A stretch of 64,000 bases of DNA from Phoronis australis. Its lineage: Eukaryota > Animalia > Phoronida. Positions 25,931-40,300 of the stretch are shown one piece after another. The notes beneath the pieces were generated by a model. It worked only from the letters and a program-made list of their open reading frames with translations. It had not been told where the DNA came from and searched no databases. Where the stretch lies: contig NMRA01000759.1 in the NCBI GenBank assembly GCA_002633005.1, positions 99,195 through 163,194 of the forward strand, read 5' to 3'. Position 1 is the first letter of the stretch, and each line of letters starts with the position of its first letter. The position numbers were made by a program, and so were the translations under genes.

Positions 25931-28615
25931 TCTGTTTCGATATGCGCTGCTTTTAAATCCCGTTATCATTTTTGGGACAAAAACAAATAGAACCGAATAT
26001 ACTATTTGATGTTTTTTGTACAAAAGGCCGCCAGTAAGAACCTGTTGTTGGCTGGGAGAAATTTTAACCCATGACCGCGAGACAAAATGAGGCCGTCTTC
26101 ATCGTTCAGACATACATACATGTAGAATGCCTACAGTAGGTCTATATCAAACAAGCTTTTTGAGATTTCAGTTTGAGCGACAATATCACACGGAAGTGGG
26201 TTACGTGTTGCTGTGGATCTTGCTACATTTGACTGAAAGACAAAATCTCGAGGTCCACTCTCTGGCAGATTTGAATAAAGTGAAACGTCAAATTCAACAG
26301 ACTTTCTCATTTTGGGTTGAAATCTATAATATGCAGTGGGCGTTTGGATAAATACACAGACTAGTCTATAAGATCCTACATGATCTGAACAAGAACTGAT
26401 ATTGGAAGTCCTCATGTTTTTCTAACACACTTGTTTCTCATACTACTGGTGTTAACATTGTGACATTGATGTGTAACGAGTGAAATAAATATGCCCAAAG
26501 TCTCTTGAGTAGTGCAGACTCAACTGTTTCCATTAAGGATGTTTGACACAATTTGTCAAGAGTCCGTATTTAGCATCCATTCTTATAAAACATTGACCAA
26601 TGATTACACATTTGAATACAATTTTTAATTCAGTATTATTTGGTTAGAAATATGTTGATTTTATGTCGCCTTTTTAGTTTTGCGTTTGTTAATTGTGCAC
26701 GACATCTGATTTCAAAATCATGTCATACTAATTAATCCGCTAAGCAAAGTATAGACATAGCGATGAATTTATTTAAACATTAATTTTGAACTTATTTATA
26801 AAGGAAACTTCTAATCCCAGATTGCTGCCACCAACTAATCACATTCCGCAACTCAAAAACATTCGCCCTGCAGCATTGCAGTGGCACAAAATAAAAAAGA
26901 CTCACATTTTTGAAGACGTCATAATAATGTATTTATGCGATGTTATGTTGCTGAAAACAAAGTTCGTTACCTCCTCACTTTTTGTGCAAAGAGCCAAACC
27001 CTAACATGTTGATGAACCAAAATCAAGACGAACACGTTCATTTTTGCGGCCGTAAGGGAATGTTAAACACCCATTGTAACATAAAAGTGTCATCTTATCA
27101 AAACAATCCGTTTTCAAATGAACTTCAATCAATTCACACTTTGACACTGATGTGCATATTAGACACTGTATTTCAGAAAAAATATCCCATCACCCCTTAA
27201 GTTTTTGCAAACATGTATTTGGCAAACATCCCGGTACAAAATGAAAAAGTTAAAAAATCAAGAAAAATTTTGTTGATCACCCATAAAATGCGTACGTTGT
27301 TTAATGCTAACTTGATGTTATCCAACAAATATGTTTTTTTAACGCCTACATGTATTATCTATTCGACAGAGGGGATTCCTATATCATCTTGCAGCGAAAT
27401 TCTGGTACGAAGATGATCTGAAGTCGGAGCTTGGAAGAAATACCAAGGTACGGCAGTCATTGAGTGACTGACTTGTTACAAAACTACTCCTGAAGCAATG
27501 ATCTTTTTATTGAAATCTGCTTTAAACAAACATTTTTACTTTTTCAGTATTGTTGAGCAGCAAACATATTTCATCTCTGTGGTATTTATGGTTGAGCTAT
27601 CAAACATACATGTGTGCCTGAGTAGAAATGCACGACATCTTTTCTGCATCTTTCGCAATTACCGATTTGTGGTTAGAGAGACCTGGATGTAAGTGGTCCA
27701 TTGAATGGTTCATAATGCATCAAAGACACGTGATGTTAACACTTAGACATAATGTGAAAGGAGTGATATGTTTGTGTGCAGCAACGTGTTGAGTATTTTT
27801 ATGAAATATTCAAGGTATCTCTCAGCCAAACTAATGTTAGATACTTGGTCTATTGTTCCTTCTGACAAAGGTCCCGTGTGACAATTTGCCTATTTTTGGT
27901 TAAGCTAACCTGGGATCTTCAAAAATTATTTTAGGAATCAGACAACGATTAAGACAATGCAAGCATTTCAAAATAATCTGAAATTTTAAATCCAATATTA
28001 GTGCTCTCCTTAATATTGAAAAAGAAAATACACGGACACGCAGCTTTTGGATTTTTTTGTACATGTACCTGGATCAAAGATTCACTATTTATTCCAATGT
28101 GTGCTCTGATTTAACATTTGACTTTCGTAAATTATACAAACATATATCAGAAGAATAATATATACCTTGTACAGTGTGCCATAAAAATGCATGTCTATTG
28201 AGGACTAAAGATTACGTAATATATCTATGGAACTCTTTAGTTTGACAGAAATAATTTTGTCTATGTTAGGAGTAACGAGATCATTAGTTCAAACTTTTTT
28301 ACCATGTAGTCAATACACAATATTTGATCATAATTTCACTTTCACGATCAACTAACCTTAGCCATTGAACTTGAAATTATATTGTAAAATAAGTTTCTTA
28401 ACTGTTCATGTACACCATAACTTTGACCTCTTTTACAATTACATTTATTTAATTCACATTTTTTCAACTCCCAAAACACTGATACCACGATGTTAGTATG
28501 AAGGTTTTTTGTGTGGTCTTGTGTTTTATAAACGTAACACAGAATAGTTTCCCAAAGTCTTTCTAGAATGAATTAAAAACTGGACGCAAGATCGCATGTG
28601 ACTGACAATGAAGAC

Positions 28616-28647
28616 CATCACAACATCACAACATCACAACATCACAA
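28616..28647. repeat. (CATCACAA)4 octamer repeat
   Basis: 4 units here, 3 at ~50225, 2 at ~55058. Confidence 0.9.
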
Positions 28648-31600
28648 TTACACTATTATTTCTATAGCTTAGGCCATGTACTTTTTTAAATCGGTGCCAT
28701 CCCCATGTACACCCTTGTTTAAAATTATCAACCTGTTGTTCTACCAGTTGCCAAACGTTTCCTTGTATTGTATTTTGAATTGGTGAGTACTATATTTTCT
28801 TTGTTCCGGTAGGCACAGCTTGTTCTGTATCCAGTATAAGCCAGAGACGGTTGTGGTGCAGATAATGAGGAAAATGGTTTTGTTGTTCTACACTGACAAA
28901 AATAATAAGTAATGCCTAACATCATGACTGTGACTGTCGAGACAAATGTAGCCAACGACTCAGTAATATTATTTTTTATCCGTGAGTGGAGGGAGTTGTC
29001 GCTCGTGCCCTTTTAAGAAGGTCGTAGGGTGAGGGATTCGAGTGGGTTTTGGAACAATCACACCTGGTTTGGACGACAATTCTATAAATAGTCGCACAAG
29101 ACTCTTCTAAATTAAGTGATTGAAAATAGAAAATGGCTACGATAATACCCATCTCTTTTACGCAGTGATGTGTAGAGATAATGGCCAGATTCATACAAAC
29201 CTTATGATGTTCACAAACGGCACCCAGCCTGACAACATGGTATTATGCTGACTTGGTAGATTTAATGCACCTGCAGTTTAACATGCACATAGCTTCTTTA
29301 ACATTGTCACTCTGTAATTAGCAACCGTTCAATGCTTTGTTGTTTAACCTCAGTTGTAAACATAAAAAATGAAAGCAGGATTAACGTATAAGCCTACAAT
29401 GGATTTCATGTTGTTATTTGGAGCTAAGGACATTTTAGTTGCATTTTATTGGTTGTTGGGGGTGATAGTTTCTGGCTGACCATGAAATCAGTGGAATGAC
29501 GTTTTGATCTGTAGGAAGCACGGTAGTGCTATTGGCATACTTTGTTTAAAGTGACATTATCAGCCAGAAAACTTAGTTGGTGTGATTATACCCGTCAATG
29601 ATTCGTATCCAAAGCTTAGTCCTTCCAGTTGAACATGCCGCTGGTTAAATGACTGATCATAATCCAACTGATCCATGATAGCATAAGGTACGACATGGCA
29701 TTTTGAAACTGGCAACTATGAATGCTTCTTACCCTATTGGATTACTGAAACTATTCAATATCTAAACAAAAATTGTGTGATGTGGTTGGAAATTATAGAC
29801 ACGTCGAGTTTTTGGGCAAAAAGATAGTTTTTACGGTTTATGGAAAAAGAAATATTACACTCGTCCCAGGTTGATGACACAGGCAAAACCTCTTGGAAAT
29901 TTTGTCAAAATCCCCAGGCTTGCCAAATTTTAAAATGGTGCAGACCTTATTGTCAGAGGGAACATGACAGACCAGGTATATTTTTGTAGCTGATACAAGT
30001 TTTGGCACACAAAGAACTTTAAATTTTCAGACAAGGGCTGCACACAAATCAAGTCATTATACAACATGTTTAGCCCAATTGCAAATTAGCAACAATATCA
30101 AATGCTTAAAACACGCATGCTTGACACCGCACGAAGAATTTGAGGTATTTCTTTCATGAATTTCTCTCTTCGGAAATTGCAAGAGATGCAAAGATATCAA
30201 TGTGTGATTTGGTGGGACTTACCAATTGATCAAACACCGAAGCACAAGAAAAGTCCCCCTCCTCGTTGGATACCGGCTTGCAGTTTTTCACAATGGGAAA
30301 TCAATTAATGAATATAAATACGTTAAAGTGATGTGCGTAACATTTTCTCTTTTCCGCTAGGCAAAGCTTGTTCTGAACCCAGTCTAAGCAAGACATGATT
30401 GTGGTGCCGATAATGGGGAGTTGGAGACATTGTTTTGCTGCATTAGGCTCACTAAATAACAAGTAATGATTAACATGATTGTGACAGTCAAGCCCAATGT
30501 AAATTGGGAAAATGTATCTAAAACAGGCATAATCAATAGAATAAGGGTTTATCTAAAGCCCCTCAAACACCTCGACGCCCACATCCCAAAACCCCTTCAA
30601 TCCACGACGCCCTCGACCCCCTACGCACACCCCCTCGACCCAGTTCTACGCAAGCTCGACTGGATCTGAACATAGAACAAGGGCTGACTTGCAGGACCAA
30701 CGAGTCTTGCTGTGAGCTCGGAGGGCTTTTTCCTGTTCTTTGTTTTGCAATTGAGAGAATTGATTCGGCAAGTTTGAAAACCAAAAAGTACAGAAAAAAC
30801 AACTGTACCATATCAATTCAAAGACCTACCAACAATACAGGTAGTATCGTTACGGCCAGAGTATAATCGTCTCGTCTGCTCTTTAGTGAATTCCAGATTC
30901 GAGCTATTTTTGGATATGTGCAAGAAGATAACGAATAGTTTTTTCAGTGAATACAGTTTGAAAACTGTAAAGTGAACTAAAAAGTATTTCAGTTTTTTTA
31001 GTATTTTTTAATGTAGTATACCTCACAAAAATATAATGAAAATGTGAAATTGTGTGTATACACGTTAATATACTCTCTCCTTAAGTTCAGTGCAGCATGG
31101 CCGATGGTAGTCGCTCTTGGAACTATTTACCAGGCAGCCTGGAAGCATTATCAAGACTGTCGTCAAAATACAGCTAGATTGTGTCCCCTTAGACCCCGAA
31201 AATTCACACAGCTCGGGTAGTTCTCCTCGTGACCTCGTCCTTAAACTTAAATCAGCACGTAAGTCTAACGACCGGCGGTGGTGCTTGCAAAATCAACTAG
31301 TCAACCGAAACTCAGCTTGTGTGAAGCCTTCTTCAAGAGAAAAACAACCTGATCAGCGTCATTTGCTTGCATAATTCTCTGCCTTTTGCACAAACAAAAA
31401 TCACCGTTTTCAAAACGGTACGTCCGTGATACGTGCACGTAACATTTCTCAAGCGGCAGCTTTGCAGCAAAATTTGTTCTGAAATTTGGTTTGTACGCAT
31501 ATCATGGACGAGAATAAAAATTGATTAGAGAATCGAAGAAAAGAAACTGAGGTGACGCAATATTTCTTGGCTCCGAAAGTCGACGCAAAAGATCGCAGCA

Positions 31601-32295
31601 CAATTTTAGAAACCGAATAACGCTAGAGCGCTACTGTTTCCGATAACAACTTATTATTTAATTTACTCAAAGGAGAGTGCATTTTGATTACACTAGTTTT
31701 GTGTCAGATTTTACTTGGTCAGTTTTTACCCACGTCTGCCGAAGCTGTATATTTAGAATACAGCTTTGCACCAAGGCTAACTGCTTCCATGACAACGGCA
31801 GTGAACTCACAATTCGCCATTTCTTACGCCACTTTCTGTTTATACCATCGGTCTTGAGCCAGATCAAATTCGTGTAGTCAAGTCTTATGGTATAGTCAAT
31901 CGATAGTGATATACTAAAATTTGGATATGTGTCTGTATCTGTCTCAGCAGGCCTTGGATCAAAGTGGTCATCATGGGGTTTGTGGGTCGAAGTGGTTGTG
32001 GAATGTGGGTGTCGAGCGGGTTTTGCTACAATCCGAATAATGTCCTACATGGCATTTTTGATCTGGCAACTACGAATACTGCTTACGCTTTTGGATTACA
32101 ATAGACACATAATAACCCAGTGTCAGAGGTTTTATTACCAGCTTCTTTGAGTTTGGGGAGAAGAGAACGAAGATGGGTGGCAATTGTAACCACTTCTCTT
32201 CAGTAGCAACATTTTCTCCCATTTAAGGTACTACTTATTTTATTTGTCGTTTAATGTTGACCCTCTTCATTGTTTGCATGGTAAAATTCAGTTAA

Positions 32296-33971
32296 AGGAG
32301 TATGCCACCCAAAAATCAACATAATTTGTATCAATTTAGATCGAGTAGTTCTACTCCATAACGACACGTACGGTTGCGTTACCTGACACCTGACGGCAGA
32401 CGAAGGTGTTGAAATTATCCAATGACGTCATCGGTTTCACACGCAGTCTGTTCAGCAGTTCACAACAGGGGTTACTGGTGTCAGCTTATCGCTTGAAATC
32501 GTCGTTTAACACCAATAAATCATCAAACTTGGAAGTAAAACCCTTGAAAATACACCGAATTCTCGTAAAAACGTGTTGTTTTATTTCGCACTTACGGATT
32601 TATTGGTATTTGGACACACCGTAGCCTACAAAGTTCGGCAGGCCAATAAGGTCCGTAGCAGGAGTGTGGGGTCTGTTCGGAGATAATTTCGAAGTATTTT
32701 CCGTGAGATACAGGCAGGAGAACCTAGATCTGTGTTGTTTAGGTTTGTGATTTTTTTAGTTCTAAACACAAAACGCTTGTTATCCTGGCCAGTGGGTCGG
32801 AGCCCGATCAGGCCCGTCGCGGCCGGCCAGATTGACTCGTTATCCCGGCCAGTGGCTCGAAAACTGATCAGACATCACGAACATAAACCAGCCAAAATCC
32901 AGTGGAAACTATTCTTCCAGTCAAGAAAATACTATACTAGTGAGCCAAAGTATGTGCACGTGATTATGTTGGTGAATTAGCCACGAAACTGCAAATCTAC
33001 TTACTCGTTGGGGGCCGCGAATTCACTCGGGTTCCGCTTTGGCCTCAGCACCGTCAGGGCAGAAGTTGTGCATTGACAATCATTATTTGAGTAATGTAAA
33101 TGTAAATAAAGATTCCTCTAACACCTAGCCTTGGGATGAAAATCGAGTTGTTTCACAACAGTTTCTGCCAGCAAACACTAAATTAGGATGAGCTCACACG
33201 GCCTCGGTGTCCCGTCAATTAGTTTTATTGCACCTAAAGCTGGTAACGTAGTGATTTATTCATTGCTGGCTTCTCAAATCATTTGCACTCACGAACACTC
33301 CAAAGGCATTACAAATGCATCAAATGAGACAGACTTTGTTTCAGTTTTATATACGTATTGGTTAGGGTGAGAATAATTCATGAAACAGAACGCTCAGTAA
33401 TAAACGCCAACGGCAACTCGCAATCCCGACTTAGGACGAGCTCGAGCTCATCAGTCCCGATTTCGCAGGTGGATCGTTAAATTTTTACAGGCTATCAATT
33501 CGAACAGGAATATAGTGATGAAGAAATACTAGAGAGGCGCCGTGAACAAGCTCAGACAATGGAACGTATGGAGTTATTTGGTAAGCCGGCATTCGTCAGG
33601 CAGTGTCGACGTCTGCAGGCCACAGACACGGAGATGTTTCATGGCCTCATACTTGCTATTTACAGCGTACATTTCATTATTCACTACCATGAGCCACTTC
33701 CTAAGCATTTCGGACTCTCGAGGAAGTAAAAAAAACGATATAACCGGTTTCTTCGCAGTTTCATATTCAGACAAGCGGGAAAGACGGCACCGCAACATAG
33801 CGGCATTCAACCTGCATATGAACCACTGACGTCGCTAGCGTCGTTTCTCACCTTCCTCACAGGTTATCGCGACACCTCTTGGCAAGGTAAGGTCGACCGT
33901 ATGCGAGGCGATGTGGATATAGACCGATTAAGACGGCAAAAAAGCCTAATTAAATCGGGTGGCATTGTCCT
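32296..33971 (-). mobile_element. Kolobok-type non-autonomous DNA transposon
   Basis: TTAA|AGGAGTATGCCACCC ... GGGTGGCATTGTCCT|TTAA; empty site ttcagTTAActac in the paralog at ~56605; THAP remnant inside. Confidence 0.88.
33600..33805 (-). pseudogene. Frameshifted THAP zinc-finger remnant
   Basis: MPLCCGAVFPACLN, frameshift, then ISFFLLPRESEMLRKWL...LRVCGLQ: the C..C, FP, W, CxxH pattern with His lost. Confidence 0.75.
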
Positions 33972-35224
33972 TTAACTACAGAAGACGGGAAGGGACATGG
34001 GACCCATTGCAACTACTGTCTATTTGTTGAGAGGCCTCAACCTCTATTGGATAGCCTGGTTGTGCAACACAATTGCACAACATGACTTGCGTGCACCACC
34101 CGTTACCATAGTGGCTTTAAAATCCCCGATAATGAAGCAATGAGTGAACTTCTAGAATTATCTTGATTTTTTGCAGAAGATTAAAAACGAGTTTTGCGAA
34201 ACACCTATAGACGATCAAATTAAACAAATGTGTAGTGAATCAAATAAATGACGGGAAGTAATTAATGAAACAAATACACTGTGAGCCAAAATGATATATC
34301 AGTGGAAATAATAATTTGACACTCGATATTTTAAGAAAACTGTTTGTTAATAGTGTTTAATAAGAGATTGGTTTAATGGGAAGTCAACGCAAATATCCTG
34401 TATGAAGCATGGCGGATTCAGAAAAAAAACACATACCATGGTTGACAGAATTTCACCCTGAATGCAATTATGCTGAAGTTTTCAAGTGAAAATGGAACAT
34501 TGCTACTGTACACATATATATGTATATATTCAATGGGTTAAACGTTCGTTAAATGTCCAATACACGGCATATTTCATAAAGTGAAAACCTTATGTATCAC
34601 TTCCTATTCCCATTATGTGTTTTCTCTCATTTCATGAAATATACATGCTTTTGGTATTCTAAAATTGCTGCTTTCCGTACGCAAAAACGTGACATTTTCT
34701 TCGTAAACATTTGAAAGCCTATGAATAAGTGCAAAAACGGTGACCTGTGTATGAGAGCCACACTATAGGGACACATACACAAAGTTTTAAGCTGATTTTT
34801 ATTTCTTTTCATTTTCTCGGGGAATACCCCGTAATAGAGTTTCTGAGGATACATATAGTGACTCCCACAAGTGCATGTACATGTAGTATGCTTACCTTAT
34901 GCTGATGATATTGCAGATATTGCAAGTGCACCAAGACAGTTATTACAACGAAAAAATTGATTTAAAAAATTTGTGATGTTCAGAAAGTGGGATCCTCTAC
35001 AGAGCGTTAAAAGTTGCCGCGTAATCTCCAAATTGAGTTGAAGATGAGCACGAAACAGCAACCTGGGGGACTTATGCTCAACATTTTCAAGGGTTCCAGC
35101 CTAAAGTGGATTATACCGAAGAGATTCTCCCTGTACTAAAATTTTGTGCTTTGAAAAATGAGAGACAAGGGGAGAGGAGAGGGAGAGGTAGAGGGAGAAG
35201 AAGAAGGATAGGGAGACAAGTTTA

Positions 35225-35370
35225 CTCGCAACAGACCTTCTTTCAAGCAAGTCTCATTCAACGACAAAATATTTTCTGCCCTCTTAAGCTGCACACATAT
35301 TTTCATAAATTGCCGCGTAACCTATCTAGTCTCGCTGTCTAATTCGCACATGAGAATTCCAAGACTCAAC
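35225..35370 (-). mobile_element. Fragment resembling a Penelope-like ORF N-terminus (copy at 57925-58071)
   Basis: MSFGSLMCELDSETRRVARQFMKISVQLKRAENILSLNETCLKEGLL resembles the PLE 'R.LE......FN..CLKEGLLP' motif. Confidence 0.5.
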
Positions 35371-38300
35371 TTAGATTCATAGGTATCAATATGTGTAACG
35401 TTATGAAAATATAGGTTATAGAACGTACGTGTTTGTACCAGTGGTTAATATATCGAGATTCGTGATATGCAAAAGTATTTGAACGAGGGCGAAGCCCCGT
35501 TGATGATTCTTTAAAGAAGCGGATTTACACAGATTTGCTCGGCTTGTTTTTGTGTCGTTTGTCATCTTTTATCAAGGGTGATCGCAGATCCCGTGACACG
35601 TATACGTGCATGCAATATTTTCATGAATGGAGTTTTTTGCTGCCTGCATGAGAAGGCAGATCAAGTTGTATTTTACACGAGCTACAGGCTTGGGGTGCAT
35701 GCATATCTGCTATTTTCGGTATTTCCGTCAGAGTTTGCGCTAAATCTATTTCTTAGTTAAAGTTTTCTTACAATTCTAACGATTTTTCTTGACTTTGTTG
35801 AGTAATATCTGTGCAGGACACCCAGACGATGTGGCTGATGCACGTTCAGATGCTTCTTAAAAATGATCCTTGCGCGCGGTTCTTAACATTTTTAGATAGA
35901 AAGTATCCCGAAGTTTATTGTAAAATTAACAAAAATACAGTGTTTACAGAAAATGCAATTTTGCTTTTGGACTCGACGTATTTTGAATGTTTTGAGAAAG
36001 AATTTAAAAATTGACTCATATTTGAAAGTAAAGAACCTCATCTGGTGTAGTGCAATCGGTGACCAAAAGGAAGCATGCATTCGTAATGTATATTGCTTTC
36101 GTAATTCCAAATATAGTGTGGCAAGTTCGAGATTTTTTGTGATTTAAGTGTTTTACTCAGGTACAAAATTTCAGGGTTTATTAAGAAGCATTGGCAACGA
36201 TATTTTTATTTCATTTTTTGTTTAGTTTCCATTACTCATGTCATACAATTGGCATCAGAAAATATTGCGCGCGGAGCTGAATCCAAAGTGATTCAACGCG
36301 CGTTGAACACGGAAAATCCGTATTCAACCCGCGTTGAATACAGAAAAGTAGTCACTTATTCCATATCAAATCTCACAATACAACCCGTATTTCATGTCCA
36401 TATTATCACGCGCATAGGATAAGTATGTATATGTATCGTATATATGTATATAACCCCTTCACAGAGGACCAACATACAGCAGAGTGAAATACATACACAA
36501 AACGTACCGAGAGTGGAATAGATGAAATTATTGCGAGGCGATATTCTGCTTATCAAGCGACACCAAACTAAAAGACAAGCGGGAAATTTCTTCTGTTTTT
36601 AGGTACTTGCATTTACCCATTCATCCATAAAATCCGCTGTCGGGCATTTTGATTGGCAGTTAAATGTTAAAATCAAATCTCTCGTAACAGTACTAACGCA
36701 ATACATCATCTTTCATTCAACAAAAAACGCGGTCTGTACATCTTTGTTTGTTGCAGGGAACATTTCACCATAAAATGTTTTGGCTTAGACCTAGATGTCA
36801 GGCTTTGTACCCTCATGGCCCACTTTTGATCCAATTGTTCCGTTTTTTCGGTCTTGAATGTTGACCGTGACAGCTATGCAACAGGTGTCCAAAATAAAAT
36901 TGTCTCTTTTAATAATTATTGTTGTTTTCCAAAGTTCACTTTTTAGTACATTGCAATCATAAAAATTAAATTTTGTTCCACTGTGTCTTGTTTACGATAG
37001 CCTATACTACATGCATCAGGATCAAAAACTTTTATTTTCTGAAGGAAATGGTTGATGTCTAAACTTTTCTGGAAAGACCTGAACTGTAACTAGCGTTATG
37101 ACTTATCCACATTAAATGTACATTTCAAAACTAAGTGATGGTTGCTGCACCTTTTCTATTGATTAGAAAATCTTTACTACCAAATTTGACATAGAAGCTT
37201 GGAGTAGCTTCTTATTTTTGGTAAAATATCACTCCTTAAAGATTGTAATTGTGTCAAACCGCAACAAAAGTCTAATTAAGTATAAAATATTAACAGTCGT
37301 AATGGTTTTGCTGTTCATTTTTAAAACATTTCTGCTTCATTTCCAATTTTATGTCAATATTACACGCTGATATTTTTCATATTTTGGTAACACTCTTGGT
37401 TTTTAGAAACAATAAAAAATAAACTGATTAGGTATGCAAAATGAAAATTTATTTTGTTGTTTTTTGCGTCTATTATAGTCATCAAGAAATCACAATGGGC
37501 TTTCTTGTGATATGACAATTCGGTTGTAAAACGACAGAGTTTTAAGGGCAGTAAATCCCATTACACACAACGGAGCAAAGGAATGCAAATAACTCTCATG
37601 CAAGCGCAGAGCAACTTCAGCGGCTACAATGTCGGGGTTGACATTCCAGGGAAAAAATTGCTGTATTGCGTTAGTACTATTACGAGAGATTTGATTTTAA
37701 CATTTAACTGCCAATCCAAAAATCAGGATTTTTCGGTGGTAAACAACCATTGTTATGAAATTAAAATAATTTCTTTAAACTTGCTGCTGCTACTATTACC
37801 GATCTAAGTCCCATTGGATGCATGACAGCAATGTGCCCTACAAGGCATTTTGGAACGGACAACTACATGTATGAATGCTTCTTACCCTACTTGGATTACA
37901 ATAGACACAGTGCCAGGAGTTTAATTTCCAAGTTCTTTTGTTGATTTTTATTTCATTGTTTCAATGGCAAAATTTAGTAGACTACAACACATTGCGTCTA
38001 CTGTCTCTTTGTTAAGAAGCCTCAAGGTTAACCTTCTTGGGAAAACACAATTGGGCAACATGACTTAAGTGCATCACCCCTTACCAGAGTGATCTTAATA
38101 ACCCCTCAGAAAGCAGTAAAGTTCGAGAAGAATGTGATTGATTTGTGCATATGTCTAGCAGACTACAGCGACAATTGGCAACATTACCTCCACTAAAATC
38201 ATCAAGCGCAACAGACATTGTTGGATGATGGCTCTGATCAATCTAGATTTAAAGCCTGAGAACCAAGTATGTATTCTCATATGTAGAAACAACGTTTGTT

Positions 38301-38514
38301 TAATATGAATAACTACCACATTTATTGCATATTTTTGCCAAGAATTTTCCTCATCTTTTGATGTTATTATTGCTTGGCCTTTGCATCCTTTCTCGACTTC
38401 GGAGGGCAAAATCGGAACACATTAGACTAAAAATTGCCTTCAAATGGGATTCTTTCTTTAATTATGTTACTCCATGCAATCGCAATGTTAACTTGCCTTA
38501 ATGGTTTTTCACAG

Positions 38515-38613
38515 GACGGTCATACCCAACTTCAACTAGCAGCTAATCGTGGACGCAAAAGCAACGTAAAGATGCTGCTAGAGCATAATGCCAATGTGAA
38601 CGCCCTGGATAAC
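38515..38613 (+). pseudogene. Orphan 99 bp ankyrin-repeat exon
   Basis: tttttcacag acceptor; DGHTQLQLAANRGRKSNVKMLLEHNANVNALDN is exactly 33 aa of ANK consensus; tacagt where a GT donor is expected. Confidence 0.8.
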
Positions 38614-38774
38614 TACAGTAGTCATCGTGTGAAATATAAATCGACATACGAAGCAATCTAGTGTCTTCTTCTAAAATTGTGTTTACTCCAAATTTTGTCT
38701 TGACGTTGGATATTAAGGTTTTCTCGAATTGGCAGTATTAATAAACTAACGAAAACGGGTACATTTATGAAACA

Positions 38775-39622
38775 TGTGGTGCGGATAATGGAGATTTGGA
38801 GAAATTCTTTGCTGCATTACTCTCAGTTTAAGTAATGATTAACATGAATGCGACAGTCGAGCCCAATGTAAATTCGGAAAATATATTTGAAACAGGCATA
38901 ATCAAAGAACAATGATTGATTTAGGCCTCCTCGACCCCTCAAAGTCCACACACCAAAACCCCCTCGATCCACGACGCCCTTGACCCTCCACGCACAACCC
39001 CCTCGACCCAGTCTACGCAAGCAAGACTTTATCTAAACATACAACAAGCGCTGACTTGCAGGACCAACGAGTCTGACTTTTAGCTCGGCAGTCTTTTTCC
39101 TGTTTTTGAAACTGAGAGAGTTGATTCTGTAAGTTTTGAAGCCAAAAACAGAAAAAAACAACCTACGGTCCCAAATCAAATCAATTAATCAGAGGCCTAT
39201 TAACATTACAGATCATATCGTTCCGGGCAGAGTGTAATCGTCTCGTCTGCTCTTCAATGAATTCCAGGTTCAAGCTATTTTTGACATGTGCAGAGGATCA
39301 CGAATATGTATTGAAAAAATATCACGTGAACTAAAAGGTAATCCAGATTTAATTTTCGTATTTTGTAAAGGCCTGTATACCTCAAAAAATGTACTGAATA
39401 TGAGAAACTATATGTACATGTGTACTCGTTATTATTGTCTCTCCCTAAGTTCAGTGCAACATGGTCAATGGTCGTTGCTCGTGGAACTATTTCCCAGGCA
39501 GCCTGGAAGCTTTATGAAAACCGTTGTCAAAATACAGCTAGATTGTGTACTGAGCCCCATTAAACCCAGAAATTTCACACAGCCCGTGCAGTTCTGTTAG
39601 TCACCTCGTCATTAAACTTAAA
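38775..39622 (+). repeat. Older duplicate of the 30400-31250 module, containing CCCCTCGACCC motifs
   Basis: Shared gtggtgc..ataatgg, gctgacttgcaggaccaacgagtct, aatcgtctcgtctgctctt and gtcaaaatacagctagattgtgt. Confidence 0.85.
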
Positions 39623-39751
39623 GTCCTTCTCTCATGCGTTGTTAACCCTTATTACATGGTTAGAGGATGTTATAAGGATCCAAGAAGTACCTACCCCATA
39701 ACTAATACACCATCCGTACTCGAAAAAAGTTTAAATGAACGCGCCACTCAC

Positions 39752-40300
39752 NNNNNNNNNNNNNNNNNNNNNNNNNNNNNNNNNNNNNNNNNNNNNNNNN
39801 NNNNNNNNNNNNNNNNNNNNNNNNNNNNNNNNNNNNNNNNNNNNNNNNNNNNNNNNNNNNNNNNNNNNNNNNNNNNNNNNNNNNNNNNNNNNNNNNNNNN
39901 NNNNNNNNNNNNNNNNNNNNNNNNNNNNNNNNNNNNNNNNNNNNNNNNNNNNNNNNNNNNNNNNNNNNNNNNNNNNNNNNNNNNNNNNNNNNNNNNNNNN
40001 NNNNNNNNNNNNNNNNNNNNNNNNNNNNNNNNNNNNNNNNNNNNNNNNNNNNNNNNNNNNNNNNNNNNNNNNNNNNNNNNNNNNNNNNNNNNNNNNNNNN
40101 NNNNNNNNNNNNNNNNNNNNNNNNNNNNNNNNNNNNNNNNNNNNNNNNNNNNNNNNNNNNNNNNNNNNNNNNNNNNNNNNNNNNNNNNNNNNNNNNNNNN
40201 NNNNNNNNNNNNNNNNNNNNNNNNNNNNNNNNNNNNNNNNNNNNNNNNNNNNNNNNNNNNNNNNNNNNNNNNNNNNNNNNNNNNNNNNNNNNNNNNNNNN
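39752..40300. other. Assembly gap (549 N); single Ns also at 233 and 59447
   Basis: Run of N. Confidence 1.

Larger units (their letters stand above)
22463..36422 (+). repeat. Segmental duplication, copy A
   Basis: 22463-29604 matches 40803-51185; 27211-29768 plus 31808-36422 matches 53621-59097; near-identical spurious ORFs recur (e.g. MNLFIKETSNPRLL). Confidence 0.95.

Noticed and set aside
26786-27416. Short ORFs conserved in 3-4 places
   Set aside because: Conservation reflects recent duplication; copies differ by frameshifts and show no domain.
28805-28915. Acceptor/donor-flanked block repeated at 30.36, 50.41 and 55.15 kb
   Set aside because: Stops in all three frames of the copies I translated; no evidence of coding function or transcription.
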